A stretch of 64,000 nt of DNA. Origin: an uncultured virus (IMG/VR IMGVR_UViG_3300031912_000001) (Duplodnaviria > Heunggongvirae > Uroviricota > Caudoviricetes). The stretch is taken from the IMG/VR virus record IMGVR_UViG_3300031912_000001. One strand, 5' to 3'. Each line of letters begins with the position of its first letter. Position 1 is the first letter of the stretch. Shown here one piece after another: positions 39,112 to 49,247 of the stretch. Below the pieces are notes generated by a model. The model saw nothing but the letters and a program-made list of their open reading frames with translations, made no database searches and had not been told where the DNA came from. Made by a program: the position numbers and the translations under genes.

Positions 39112-39571
39112 CGGAGGCCATTTCGACGCGGCGCTGCGCGCGGTAGCGGGCCAGCTCGTCGACGGGTTCGGCGTCGTCGAGCTCGGTGTCGCTCATCGGT
39201 GGGACCGGCCCGGCGGTGACGGTCTCCTCGGCGATGTCGTAGATCTTGGCCTGATCGGCCATCAGCCGGCGCGCCACCTCGATGGCCTTGAGGTCGCCCT
39301 CGGTGACGTGGACGAACGCTTCGCGGACCAGGATCTCCATGCGGGCCATGTAGATGGTCATCGCGTTTTCGTTGCGCAGAATGTGGTCCTTGGTGGCGCG
39401 TTCCAGTTCGGCGTTGACGATTTGGCTGACCCGCATCTTGGTGAGGTTGATCTGCGGGTTGTCGGCGATCTTCTGCTGGCTGTTGCCGGCGACGAACATG
39501 TCGAGGATCAGCTGGTCGCGGCGTTTACGCGCGGCGCCGCTCAGCCGCGGTGGCTGCGGTTTGCGTGCCAT
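39104..39571 (-). CDS. terminase small subunit (HTH)
   Basis: N-terminal HTH (GNSQQKIA...RVSQIV), GDLKAIE motif, DELARYR tail; upstream of terL. Confidence 0.6.
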   Translation of the reverse strand: MARKPQPPRLSGAARKRRDQLILDMFVAGNSQQKIADNPQINLTKMRVSQIVNAELERATKDHILRNENAMTIYMARMEILVREAFVHVTEGDLKAIEVARRLMADQAKIYDIAEETVTAGPVPPMSDTELDDAEPVDELARYRAQRRVEMASDG

Positions 39572-39578
39572 GTTGTCC

Positions 39579-40346
39579 TCACGGTTTGTATCGTCCCACC
39601 AGGGCGGGGTCACCCAGGTTGGGTGTGTCGCCGAGCGGGTCTTTCCCGGTGCGTTCCTTGATGATTTCACGCATCAGCCACGCGCGGCCGTACGCCGCCT
39701 TGTAGGGGCGGAACAGTTCCTCGTTGCGGGTGATGTCGCGGTCCCAGCCGGGGCTGTCGGCTTTGGCGCCGGTGTACTTCTCGGCGTCGGTGTTGTGTTC
39801 CCAGGCGTAGATATTGCCGCGCACCCGGCGCACCTCCGACAGGGTTTCCACGATGCAGGTAAACGCGGTATCTTCCCAACCCCAGCCCACGAATTCGGGC
39901 GGTTGACCGCCTAGGCGCCACCACTCGTCACAGGTAGCGACCAGGCAGCCGCCGACCCCGTTGGGGCCGTCACCGTCCCACGCCATGATGTAGGGCACGT
40001 CGGCCAACTCATTAAACGGGGTCTTAACACTGTCAGCAGGCAGAATCCGATAATTAGTAAAAGGCCAGCACACGCCGACGGGATCGCCGACCGCCTTGAT
40101 GACATTGCGAATATCCGGCACGGTATCTGCGTCGGAGATTACTACGACATCGGTCTTGGCCTTTCGAACGCCGTTATTGCGCGCCTGACTGAGACTGAAC
40201 ACTTCGGTGTCGCTGTCGGCAGTGACGACCGGCCAGTTGACTAGTCGCCAGAACTCGCGCACACGCCTGTAGGCCGCGAGCCGTGACGGTGATGGCCGCC
40301 ACGGAATAACGACTGTGGCCTCAGGCTGACTGGTCACGATCGACAT
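39579..40346 (-). CDS. glycosyltransferase (GT-A fold, GT2/GT7-like)
   Basis: VVIPWR, ARNNG, DAD motif, FVGWGWED. Confidence 0.85.
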   Translation of the reverse strand: MSIVTSQPEATVVIPWRPSPSRLAAYRRVREFWRLVNWPVVTADSDTEVFSLSQARNNGVRKAKTDVVVISDADTVPDIRNVIKAVGDPVGVCWPFTNYRILPADSVKTPFNELADVPYIMAWDGDGPNGVGGCLVATCDEWWRLGGQPPEFVGWGWEDTAFTCIVETLSEVRRVRGNIYAWEHNTDAEKYTGAKADSPGWDRDITRNEELFRPYKAAYGRAWLMREIIKERTGKDPLGDTPNLGDPALVGRYKP

Positions 40347-40791
40347 CATTGTGGGTGAATAGTTCTAGGCGCTTGAGGCGCGCCACTTCAGCGGCTTCTT
40401 CAGGGGTATCGAAAGATCCCAGCCAATACGCTTGGCGCCGATGTATAACTCGAGCACCCCATTTCCCGTTCCAGACGCGGACGACACCGCGCATGCCACT
40501 AGTGCTGTTGCGGTAAGCGCCGGTTTGGTTCTGGTTGTTTTGAGATCGGCTAGCGGCCCGTAGGTGTCTCGGATTCACGCAGATTCGATTGCGGCATCTG
40601 TGATCGACCTCATCTGGCACCGAGCCGTATGCCAGGTAATAGGCGAAGCGGTGAGCGCGCCATAACTTGTCCGAATCCCTGAAAACGCCGTAGCCGCCTC
40701 TGGTGAGCGCGGCTCTCCAAATCCAGCAGCGACTGCCCAGTGCCGGCTGGAAGGGACCGTCCTTATCGACCTTCGCCCAGAAGCGTTTCAT
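40321..40791 (-). CDS. HNH endonuclease with a C-terminal AP2-like domain
   Basis: RFWAKVDK, CWIW, AHR, VDHRCRNRICVNPRHL...N; SGMRGV...LGSFDTPEEAA. Confidence 0.88.
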   Translation of the reverse strand: MKRFWAKVDKDGPFQPALGSRCWIWRAALTRGGYGVFRDSDKLWRAHRFAYYLAYGSVPDEVDHRCRNRICVNPRHLRAASRSQNNQNQTGAYRNSTSGMRGVVRVWNGKWGARVIHRRQAYWLGSFDTPEEAAEVARLKRLELFTHNDVDRDQSA

Positions 40792-41039
40792 GTCGGTGCG
40801 ATGACCTTGCCGCACTGCACGCAGGTGCGCGGGTGCTCGGACTGCGGCAAAAACTCGTGCGCGCAGGTGTCCACCTCGGGGTCCAGCCCGGCGTAGCCGG
40901 TGCACAGGCACGGCTTGGACGCGGTGTACTGGCATCTTTCGTCGGACCAGCCGGACAGGATTTTCACCCGGCAGGCCCGGTCACCGTCGAGGTTGTGCTG
41001 TTTGGCGGAGTGCCCGCAGCTCTGACATTGGGGGCTCAC
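40788..41039 (-). CDS. Cys-rich hypothetical protein
   Basis: Several CxxC/CxC motifs; ATGA overlap with the HNH gene. Confidence 0.5.
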   Translation of the reverse strand: MSPQCQSCGHSAKQHNLDGDRACRVKILSGWSDERCQYTASKPCLCTGYAGLDPEVDTCAHEFLPQSEHPRTCVQCGKVIAPT

Positions 41040-41098
41040 ACCCGATATTGTCGGCGCGCCGGGGCCGGTTGTGAACCTAGACACGCGATGATGGGCGC

Positions 41099-41287
41099 AT
41101 GGCCGCAAAGACAGAAGACTCCCCCGAACAGTTAGTCCACAAGCCGGTGACTCACCCGGCCCTGACCACTCCGTGCACGGTGACGCAGCTGCGTAACTGG
41201 CTCGAGCAGGGTGTGATCGCCGTCACCAGCGGGGACCACTGGGAGAGCACCATCACCACCACCGCCACGTCGATAAGCGTCTCCTGA
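41099..41287 (+). CDS. small protein paralogous to the C-terminus of 47630..48124
   Basis: PALTTPCTV...AVTSGDH; leaderless ATG 6 nt after GATGAT. Confidence 0.55.
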   Translation: MAAKTEDSPEQLVHKPVTHPALTTPCTVTQLRNWLEQGVIAVTSGDHWESTITTTATSISVS

Positions 41288-41314
41288 TGATGTTGCGGGC
41301 AGTGCCAGTCAAGG

Positions 41315-41962
41315 TCACCGCCCCTCCGCTCGTTTCAAGGTCGCGAGGTCGGCATGTGAGTCCACGGGTATGTCGTAGGCTCCGGCGCGCACTGGCCGGG
41401 TGGTGAAGATCGCCACCGCCTCGTAGCGGTGCACAACCGTCGATCCGAAGGTGGGGTCGATGTTCATGTCCTCACGGATCGGTGGAAGTCCCCGACCGGT
41501 GGTCAGCGCATACCCCTTGGCTTTGATGTCCTCGGGTGTGTGTTCCATCCATCTGCCTTGAAGCGCGCGGTCCAGCAGCGCGGCGCTGGGGAACACGTGA
41601 ACGTCGTGCAAGACGCCGTCGCGGGGCAGCGGGGCGTGCATGATCGGCGAGATCAACAGGCCGCGTTGCACCCAGTACCAGCGCCACGCATGTCGGAGCA
41701 TGGGTTCGGCGATAGGACGGTTGTCGGGTCGAGGCGAGAAAGTGCGCAGCCCCAGTTCGATGCGGTGCTTGTTGTCGTGCCCTCTGATCCATGCGTCCCT
41801 GGACTGTTCATCATCGAACGGTATCGCGCGCCACGGCTGGCAGTCCCGACAGCCAACGAGGTACTGGATGCGTGTGACCAGGGGTTTGCACGATCGGCAA
41901 TAGAAAGGGCAGTTGACGGTGGGCACCACGTCGGTGCGGCCGCAGTAGAGGCAACGCGTCAC
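41315..41962 (-). CDS. hypothetical Zn-finger-containing protein
   Basis: CxxC motifs; leaderless GTG after CAGGAT. Confidence 0.5.
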   Translation of the reverse strand: MTRCLYCGRTDVVPTVNCPFYCRSCKPLVTRIQYLVGCRDCQPWRAIPFDDEQSRDAWIRGHDNKHRIELGLRTFSPRPDNRPIAEPMLRHAWRWYWVQRGLLISPIMHAPLPRDGVLHDVHVFPSAALLDRALQGRWMEHTPEDIKAKGYALTTGRGLPPIREDMNIDPTFGSTVVHRYEAVAIFTTRPVRAGAYDIPVDSHADLATLKRAEGR

Positions 41963-42069
41963 GGAGCCATCCTGACACCGGCGGCTACCGATACCGTGCC
42001 CACACGGCGCCCAAGCACCGAATATGTCCTGGTTGTTAGCGGTAGCGGAGGGATTCAGACCCTCCGATG

Positions 42070-42744
42070 TCAGGATTCATCTGACAGGGGGTCCTCTTCG
42101 TGGACGTACTTCCAGCTGCCTTCGCCGGCGCTGGCGCGCCACACCGAGCGCACCGTCGGCACATCCAGAAGCATGTAGCCGGTCTTCATGAGCTGAAAGC
42201 ACTCGAAGATGTCCGCGCCCCAGTGCACGCACTCGTGGTCCCCCTCCGGGTAGGGATGCTCGCGCAGCAGATCCACGCGCGCTGCGAACACCCCGCCCTG
42301 GATGTGATGACGGGGCAGGCTCGGCGAGAACCCGGCGTTCTCCGGGCGCCCGGAGTCGGCGAGGCTGCCGGTCATCGCCACCGTGCGGTCGGCGATCAGC
42401 GGCGCCAGCAGGTCCAGCGACCAGGTGACATCACGGGCGTGGCCGTGGTTGGTGCACACGTACAGCAGGTAGGGGTGGCGCGCCAGGTCGACGGCCAGGT
42501 TGAGCGCCGGGCCGTACATCAGGTTCTTGCCGAGTTGCCATTGATAGCGGGTTTGGACGCCGTCAACCTGCGCTGTGATCATCGCGTCGGCGAGGCGCTG
42601 CGATGTGGTGGCGCTGTTGTCGATGACGATCAGTTCGGCGTCCAGCGCGGGCAGCGCCAGCGCGGGCAGCAGATCACGCTGCAACCGTTCGATGCTTTTG
42701 TCCTCGTTGTTGTAGGCGATCATCACCGCCGTGACCGGAATCAC
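42070..42744 (-). CDS. glycosyltransferase family 2-like
   Basis: VMIAYN, LIVIDNS, NLMYGPALN; the usual DxD region reads CTNH. Confidence 0.7.
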   Translation of the reverse strand: MIPVTAVMIAYNNEDKSIERLQRDLLPALALPALDAELIVIDNSATTSQRLADAMITAQVDGVQTRYQWQLGKNLMYGPALNLAVDLARHPYLLYVCTNHGHARDVTWSLDLLAPLIADRTVAMTGSLADSGRPENAGFSPSLPRHHIQGGVFAARVDLLREHPYPEGDHECVHWGADIFECFQLMKTGYMLLDVPTVRSVWRASAGEGSWKYVHEEDPLSDES

Positions 42745-43500
42745 CAGTACCTCGGAAACTGCATCGGCTCGGGATAGTCGGGGCATTCCAAGGACGCCAG
42801 GAACTCCTCGGGTGTGTCATATTCGGACTCCAAGTACATGCACCGTAGTCCGTCGCCCATGCTGTAGAACAGTTCGGTGTGGTCGCTCACGTCTTCTCCT
42901 GGCTCGCGTAGAACTGCGCGACCTTGGGGATCGCACCGGGGACATCGTTGCCAGTAGCGGATCAATCGGGCCATCGCGCCCACCAGCTGTTCACGTCGGG
43001 CACGTATTCGCCGATGCGGTAGATGAACTCGCCGTCGTTGAAGATCGCGCCGTAGAAGCACACCCAGCCATTCATTGGGTGCCTGGTTTCAGGCGCGCCG
43101 CACGCGGGGTGCCAGTGATTCTTGTCGGCCTGGTGTGGGTTCATCGTGAGTGTTGTACCGGGATGGATCGTCGGGGAGCGCAGGCATTCATGCAGGAACT
43201 CGTCGAACACCATGATCTCAGGTTCGCCGTCTAGGCAGTTGAATCCATGATCACCCATCACGGATCTCAATCCTCTTCGTCTGCGTAGAACTGCGCGACC
43301 TTGGGGATCGCGCCCGCCATCTGACGCAGCGCCAAAGCCTGGACCTGCAGGCGCAATGCCAACGCCTCCAGCTGCGCCGCCAGCTCCAGCGTCTGCCTGA
43401 TCTCCAGGATCGGGCCGCCGGCGAACGCGGCGCGGCACTCATACGGGGTGCGGAACGGGCCGCCGGGCAGGTACTCGATGAGTCCCTCGTGCTCGCTCAT
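42741..43500 (-). CDS. three small hypothetical proteins (42741..42890, 42962..43258, 43267..43500)
   Basis: SD sequences and start/stop overlaps. Confidence 0.45.
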
Positions 43501-44045
43501 TTGACCGCGATCGCGTAGATGTCGCCCGGTGTGGCGGTGTCGATCATGCGGAAATGGAACATCTCCAGCCAGGTCTCCAGATGGTAGCGATCCACGTTGC
43601 GGTAAAACTCGCCGTCGCGCAGCGGGCCGCCGTCGACCGCGGAGTGCTCGCCCCGGCCGTCGCCGGCCGCCGTCACCAGGAACACCCCACCGGTCATCAG
43701 CATCCGGTGGGCATTACGGCAGATCGCCTCGGCGTCGGGTGTGTGCTCCAGCGTCTCGCAGCACACCACGGTGTCCACCCCATCGGACACGAAGTGCTGC
43801 ATCCATCCCGTGCCCAGCCACGCCAAGCCAGGGACTGGCCAGTGCGCCGCGTCGGCAACCAAATCCACGTTCGGGCCGTCGGCGATGTCTACGCCGACGT
43901 AAGCCGCGTCACCGAACAGCGGGCGCACCGGCCCGGAAAAGGGCCAGTCCCCTGCGACGGTGCGCGACCCCAACTCGATCACGCAGCGGCGCGGCTCGAG
44001 CTGCCTGACCGTGTCCGCGACGAACCGGTACGCACCCTCATGCAT
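43497..44045 (-). CDS. class I SAM-dependent methyltransferase
   Basis: VIELGS, YVGVDI..GPNVD, DTVVCCETLEH, GG.F. Confidence 0.85.
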   Translation of the reverse strand: MHEGAYRFVADTVRQLEPRRCVIELGSRTVAGDWPFSGPVRPLFGDAAYVGVDIADGPNVDLVADAAHWPVPGLAWLGTGWMQHFVSDGVDTVVCCETLEHTPDAEAICRNAHRMLMTGGVFLVTAAGDGRGEHSAVDGGPLRDGEFYRNVDRYHLETWLEMFHFRMIDTATPGDIYAIAVK

Positions 44046-44659
44046 CAACGCACCTTCTCGTAGGTGAACGGATCGCGCCACGCCTCGACAACGGACGGCA
44101 TCCGCCCGCCGGCAGCGAGGGACCGTATGGCCTGCTCGGCGGGCGCCGCGACGTAGGGGGCGTCGGCGGCCCAGGCGCCGGCGGCCAGTTGGATCGCCCG
44201 TAACCCTTGCGACACGGTGATCGTCTCGGAACCGCGGTGCCTCTCCATCCATTCAGCAGGCTCCTCGTAGCGCGGCCACTGCCGCTTCTGCCAGGCGTAC
44301 CGCAGGTCCATGATCAGCCAGCCCGCCGCGCCGCTCAGCAGCGTCCCCACGATCAGCATCTCCGGTGCCATATCAGCTTCTCTCCGGCGGCTTCGGGAGC
44401 ATGGAGTACAACAGCCATTTCTGCCACGGCGGCAGCTGCTGCCAGTCCTCGAACATCTCGTTGAGCATCGTCCATCGACTGTCGTCCTCAAACGGATCGG
44501 TACTCACTGCGCCGGCTCCGCGACGGGTCCGTACGGGTTCTCGTGGCAGTGCAGGGATGTGGTCCGCTTGCCCGCCGCCGGGTCGGCGTGCCACCACTGC
44601 TCGCCCTCGTCGCGGCTGATGAACTTCATGATGTTCTCCCCGCAGTGCCTGCACCTCAT
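44045..44659 (-). CDS. three small hypothetical proteins (44045..44371 membrane-anchored, 44373..44507, 44504..44659)
   Basis: Coupled short ORFs. Confidence 0.4.
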
Positions 44660-45321
44660 CGCGGTGCGCTCCAACCCGGACAGTGCCCCATCCTCACCGC
44701 CCCGGTGTCCCAGCCGTGGCGGATGCCGCAGTTCCACGCCTTACGCTCACCACGCGGGCGTGCACCCATCGAGCAGTCAATCGGCTCCCCATCGGCGTGG
44801 TCCACCAGACTCGGCTGGGTGTAGCAGATCCCGATGCTGCGGGCCTGCGCCCATCGGGAGATCCGCAGCGGCAACTCCTCGCCGCGCGTCTCGATGTCAC
44901 GCAACAGCGGCTCGATCATCCTGATCCGCAGCGCATACCCCACGCTGCCGATCAGGCAGTCGCTCACGATCCATGCCTTACCCTCGCTGATCGCGGTGCG
45001 CGCCGCGTTACCGGACTGGCGCTGGGTCTCACCCGATGGGTTCCCATACCCCAGATACAGCCCGACGATCGGGGCCGGCGCGAACGCCAGCGCCGCCGCC
45101 AGGTGCGCCCGGAAATCTTTGACCGGCTGCGCGTCGTCCTCGAGGACCACACACCAGTCCACATGCCGGTACGCCAGCGCGCGCAGCACCGCGATGTGGT
45201 TGGCCTCGCAACCCAGGCTGCCGTCGTCGACGTTGGTGACCACCGCGGCCACCGAGCGGCGCAGCAGCCGCACGGCTTCCAGGCGCGAGTCGTGCGCGAC
45301 GATACCGATCGCGATCGTCAT
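44656..45321 (-). CDS. glycosyltransferase (GT25-like)
   Basis: GCEANH, WCVVLEDDA, PSLVDHAD motifs. Confidence 0.8.
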   Translation of the reverse strand: MTIAIGIVAHDSRLEAVRLLRRSVAAVVTNVDDGSLGCEANHIAVLRALAYRHVDWCVVLEDDAQPVKDFRAHLAAALAFAPAPIVGLYLGYGNPSGETQRQSGNAARTAISEGKAWIVSDCLIGSVGYALRIRMIEPLLRDIETRGEELPLRISRWAQARSIGICYTQPSLVDHADGEPIDCSMGARPRGERKAWNCGIRHGWDTGAVRMGHCPGWSAPR

Positions 45322-45332
45322 GTCAAACCTCG

Positions 45333-45497
45333 TCAGCCATCGTCGCTGAGCAGCTCATCGAGGACCGCGTTGATCATGATGGTCTGCGCTCGCATGGCCG
45401 CGGCGACGTTGGGTCCCCTGGCCATGCTGGCGCGGTAGTCGTCGCGTTTTTCGCGCAGCTTCTCCTTGTCGACCATGACCAGCTTGCGCTCAGACAT
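45333..45497 (-). CDS. small hypothetical protein
   Basis: C-terminus paralogous to the end of 45490..46620. Confidence 0.45.
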   Translation of the reverse strand: MSERKLVMVDKEKLREKRDDYRASMARGPNVAAAMRAQTIMINAVLDELLSDDG

Positions 45498-46620
45498 CTT
45501 CCCCGCCGAGCAGCTCATCGAGGATGCCGTCGATCACCGCGGCCTGCGCCCCCAAAAGCAGCCACGCCGACGCGAGCGAGTTGTCCTTGCGGGCCATCTC
45601 CACCACCTCCCGGTGATTCTCCTTCAAACCCTTCAGCAGCTCGCGACGCGTCACCGGGCGGCCCTGCAACCTGGCCGGCCGATCCGACGCGCCCAGCGTC
45701 ACACCCTGTGTCACGTCGGTGGCCCAGCGGGCGATGGTGTCATGGAAGGAGAACACCCCACCCGCCTCCCCCCGGGAGTCGATCACCTGCTGACACGCCC
45801 CGCAGATGGTGTCGACGGTGTTGTCGGCGCGGTGCACCCGAAACGTGGCGCGGTGCTCACACGTTTGGATCGGTTTGATCATTCCGCTGACCACGGTGCC
45901 CACCGGCTCGTCGGCGGCCACCAGAAACGTGTCCTCGCCACGCGCGCCGAGCAGCACAGCGTCGGACTGCAGGTCGTACAGGCCCAGCTCGTGGGCGTCG
46001 CGCAGCACCCCAGCGTCGGCGGCCGGCTCATCGATTGCCTCAACCCAGTGCGGCAGGAAAAACGGCGGCTTCTCCAGATTGATCGCCCGTTCCATATAGC
46101 CCCGCCACGCGAAACCCTCCGGCTCGTAGTCGTCGTTGGAGCCGTCCGGCCAGTGGCTGGTTAGCAGATACTTGGACCCGGAGGCCCGGAACAGGTCCAG
46201 GCACCTGGTGATCTCCTCGTTGGGGAAGTGGATCAGGACGTGGCGGGCCAGGATCAGGTCGACCTTCGGGATCTCCTGCACGGTCAGCAGGCTGCGTACC
46301 TGGAACCTGACATTGGGCCGCTCACTGAACGTTATGTTGTTCGCCGCGATCATCGACTCCTCGACATCCCAGCCCAGATAGGCGACATCACCGAGGTCGA
46401 CCTGGCTCATCCAGTTCCAGTCCCCGCACCCAACGTCCAGCACGGACTTGATCCCGTAACGTTCGAACAGGATCGGCAAAAGCTCACGCAAAGCCGTCGT
46501 CTGCGCCAGCGTGGCGCCCGGCCCGTTCGCCGTCTCGATCGTCCCGAACTCCTCCGGGCGGGAGCGGTGCAGCTCCGTAATTTCTGCCCAAGCTTTCTGA
46601 TTGTCGTCGGCGAAACTCAT
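45490..46620 (-). CDS. class I SAM-dependent methyltransferase with a C-terminal extension
   Basis: NGPGATL, SVLDVGCGDWNWM, DLILARHVLIHF, INLEKPPF. Confidence 0.85.
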   Translation of the reverse strand: MSFADDNQKAWAEITELHRSRPEEFGTIETANGPGATLAQTTALRELLPILFERYGIKSVLDVGCGDWNWMSQVDLGDVAYLGWDVEESMIAANNITFSERPNVRFQVRSLLTVQEIPKVDLILARHVLIHFPNEEITRCLDLFRASGSKYLLTSHWPDGSNDDYEPEGFAWRGYMERAINLEKPPFFLPHWVEAIDEPAADAGVLRDAHELGLYDLQSDAVLLGARGEDTFLVAADEPVGTVVSGMIKPIQTCEHRATFRVHRADNTVDTICGACQQVIDSRGEAGGVFSFHDTIARWATDVTQGVTLGASDRPARLQGRPVTRRELLKGLKENHREVVEMARKDNSLASAWLLLGAQAAVIDGILDELLGGEDV

Positions 46621-47627
46621 GGGGTTGCCTCCTCGTGGGTGTTGACGAATTCGGTCACGTCATCCAGGGCCTGGCGGTAGCCATCCCACCAACTGCTACT
46701 CCCCTTAATCGTGCTGACGTGTCCATCTCCGGTCTGCTCACGTTCTTGAAGTTTCTCCAGCGCGCTGTCGGCGAGCTTGCGCAACTGGGCCAGATAGTCC
46801 GTCAGAATCACTTCGACACCACCTTGATCAGCGAGTGCGGCACGCCCACCAGCAGCGAATGCGCCACCCTGCAGTCGCAGGGTTCCTCAACGTCGTGACC
46901 GTGAGGATGCGACGAGGGATTGAAGTCCGGGCAGGCCGTGTCGGCGCACGCCCGGTACGGGTGCTCCACATGCAGGCAACCCGTGCTGCAGTGCTGATAC
47001 ACCCGGTGGCCACACCACGGACAGAAGTTCCAGCTCACGTGGACTCGCCCAGATGCACGGTGATCCGCCAGTGCCCGTCGGTGTGCTCGATCACGCTCAC
47101 CTCCGCGGCAGCGAGGCCATCCTCGCCCATGATCGCCTTGACCTCCTCGAACCAGTCACTGGCCTCGGAAAGCCGGCACGGCGTGGACAGTTGCAGGGTG
47201 GTGTACTTGTCAGCCATCGGATTCCTCCTCGCAAACACACGGCCACTGGTCGCAGTTGTCGCACCACCACGAACCGTCGAAATCGGAGCGGTAACAACCG
47301 GAACAGACCATTACAGCTCCTTTGTCTCGCGGACAGCGGCGTCCACACTCATCGGTATCCACACCGGCCCCCAGCTCAAGTCATGCCCGCAGTCCTCACA
47401 CACCCCATGCAGACGGACCTGCATCATCTCGCCCATCAGCTCACCGCGTCTGACCAGCCCGGTCGGCTCATAGACGATGTGCATCACAGATATCTCGGAT
47501 TCGCCCAGCGGACCTCAATCCACGGCCCGTCACAGTGACGCAGCGGCCGGTGCCACCGCCGCAGCGCCTCAATCACATCCAACTGCGCCTGCACCCCCGG
47601 CATGTCCTCATCACGCTCGATCGTGAC
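46617..47627 (-). other. cluster of short hypothetical genes
   Basis: Coupled short ORFs (46617..46811, 46808..47038, 47035..47217 and others). Confidence 0.4.
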
Positions 47628-47629
47628 AA

Positions 47630-48124
47630 TCACTGCCCGACGACCACCGTGATCACATCGGCGGTGCTCTCAACCGGGAAGCTGTGATGCGCCCCGCTGG
47701 TCACCGCAGCGACCTCGATCGCGAACCCCAGCAGATCACGAACCGTGCACGGAGTCTGCAGCGTCGGCCCCGAACCACCACCCGGGACGTCGGGCGGCAC
47801 ATCACCAGAGCTGCCCTGCTGCACCGTGGCCACCGTCATCGTGGCCCCGGTCCCGGCCATCTGAGCGTCCATCACGGCCGTCAGCTGCGGCAGATCCTGA
47901 TCCCCCAAAGCGTTCAGGAACGTCTCGACATATCCCCAGTTGCCATCTTTCGTCACCACCACATTGCCGATCCCGACCGTGGGCAGCGCCTCAAGCGCGG
48001 ACTGCACCACCCCCGCCGCCGGGTGATACTGAATCGGGGCGGTGTCCGCACCGTTGAAACCCAGCACGAACTTCCCCGACCCCGGGGAGTTGCCGATGTC
48101 GAACCGCTGAACCTCGTTGACCAT
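47630..48124 (-). CDS. virion-decoration-like domain protein with its own promoter
   Basis: NEVQ...GKFVLGFNGADTAPI...VQSALEAL..VG.GNV.V, as in tail/capsid appendage domains; TACCAT and AGGAGG upstream. Confidence 0.6.
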   Translation of the reverse strand: MVNEVQRFDIGNSPGSGKFVLGFNGADTAPIQYHPAAGVVQSALEALPTVGIGNVVVTKDGNWGYVETFLNALGDQDLPQLTAVMDAQMAGTGATMTVATVQQGSSGDVPPDVPGGGSGPTLQTPCTVRDLLGFAIEVAAVTSGAHHSFPVESTADVITVVVGQ

Positions 48125-48187
48125 GCGCCCTCCTACGCCACGCTGATGGTAACGGCAAATAGGGAACACACCGACCGGACGCGCCGA

Positions 48188-49186
48188 TCAGTCCGGCCAC
48201 ACACCAAGCCGCCACGTGTCATGCAGATAACCGAACGTGTGCACGTGCGGGATCGTCGTGTCGGTCAGCCGCCACGTCATTGACCACTGCTCGGGCAGCA
48301 GGTGGTCGTAGCGCAGGATCACACCCGGCGCCGCGCGTTCATAGGCCACGAACGGCCCCCACTGTCTGGTCACCTCCGGGTCAAGCCTGGGCATCTGGGC
48401 GATCCAGTAGCCCACCCCGCTGTCGTTGGACATCACATGCCCATGTCCAACGACGCTGAACATGCGGGTGTAGAGCTGGCGGTCCAGAAACCACAGCCGC
48501 GGGCGGCGCTCCGGCGCCGACCCGTTGAACAGATACCCGACGAACTCCTCGTCAATCAGGCCGCTCGGATCGGTCATCGTCGCGCCGCCGGAACCAACCG
48601 ACCACGATGCCCGCCATCAGCATCCAGCACGCCAGCAGGCACAGCATCACCGCCGCCATCGACACGATCAGCGCCGCCAGCATCACCCAAACCCCCCGAA
48701 AATCGCAGCGAAAAAACACGACAACGATCGAAAAGCCTAGAAAACGCCGGAAAACCGCGGATAAACCCCGAAAAACCGTTCAATTACGTCACATCCCCGT
48801 CATAGGGCCCCAACCCGCCGGCCTCACGCAAAAACCGCCGCGCCCGCTCCATCGGATCAACATGGCTGGTATACGCATTGCAGTTGCCGCACCAGCCCCA
48901 CTCAATGTCATGCGGGTTGTAACTCGTCATGTCACACACCGGGCACGTGACATGCGGATACTGCTCGTGATGCGGATAATCCTTACCAACCATTTCAGCC
49001 CTCCGGGTGACGGCATCGGATGCAGGCCATCTCAAAGTCCGGGTAGCACCATTCCCCGCAGTCGAAGCACCAAGCCCGGTGAGCACCCACCGTGCGGTGC
49101 GCCCGGCAGGCACGCGGCTCGTGACCCACAAAATTGCCGTCCACATCAAAGACAGCCGTCACAGGCTCGCTCACCACATCACCCAC
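48188..49186 (-). other. short hypothetical genes, including 48188..48577
   Basis: Several short ORFs, some Cys-rich or hydrophobic. Confidence 0.4.
48689..48776. repeat. phased A-tracts (10-bp period)
   Basis: A-runs start at 48689, 48699, 48711, 48721, 48731, 48741, 48751, 48761, 48771. Confidence 0.8.
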
Positions 49187-49247
49187 AGCACCAGCACACC
49201 CACCACGATCAACCCGTAGATGGTCAGGCAGACCCTCTCTGTGCGGC

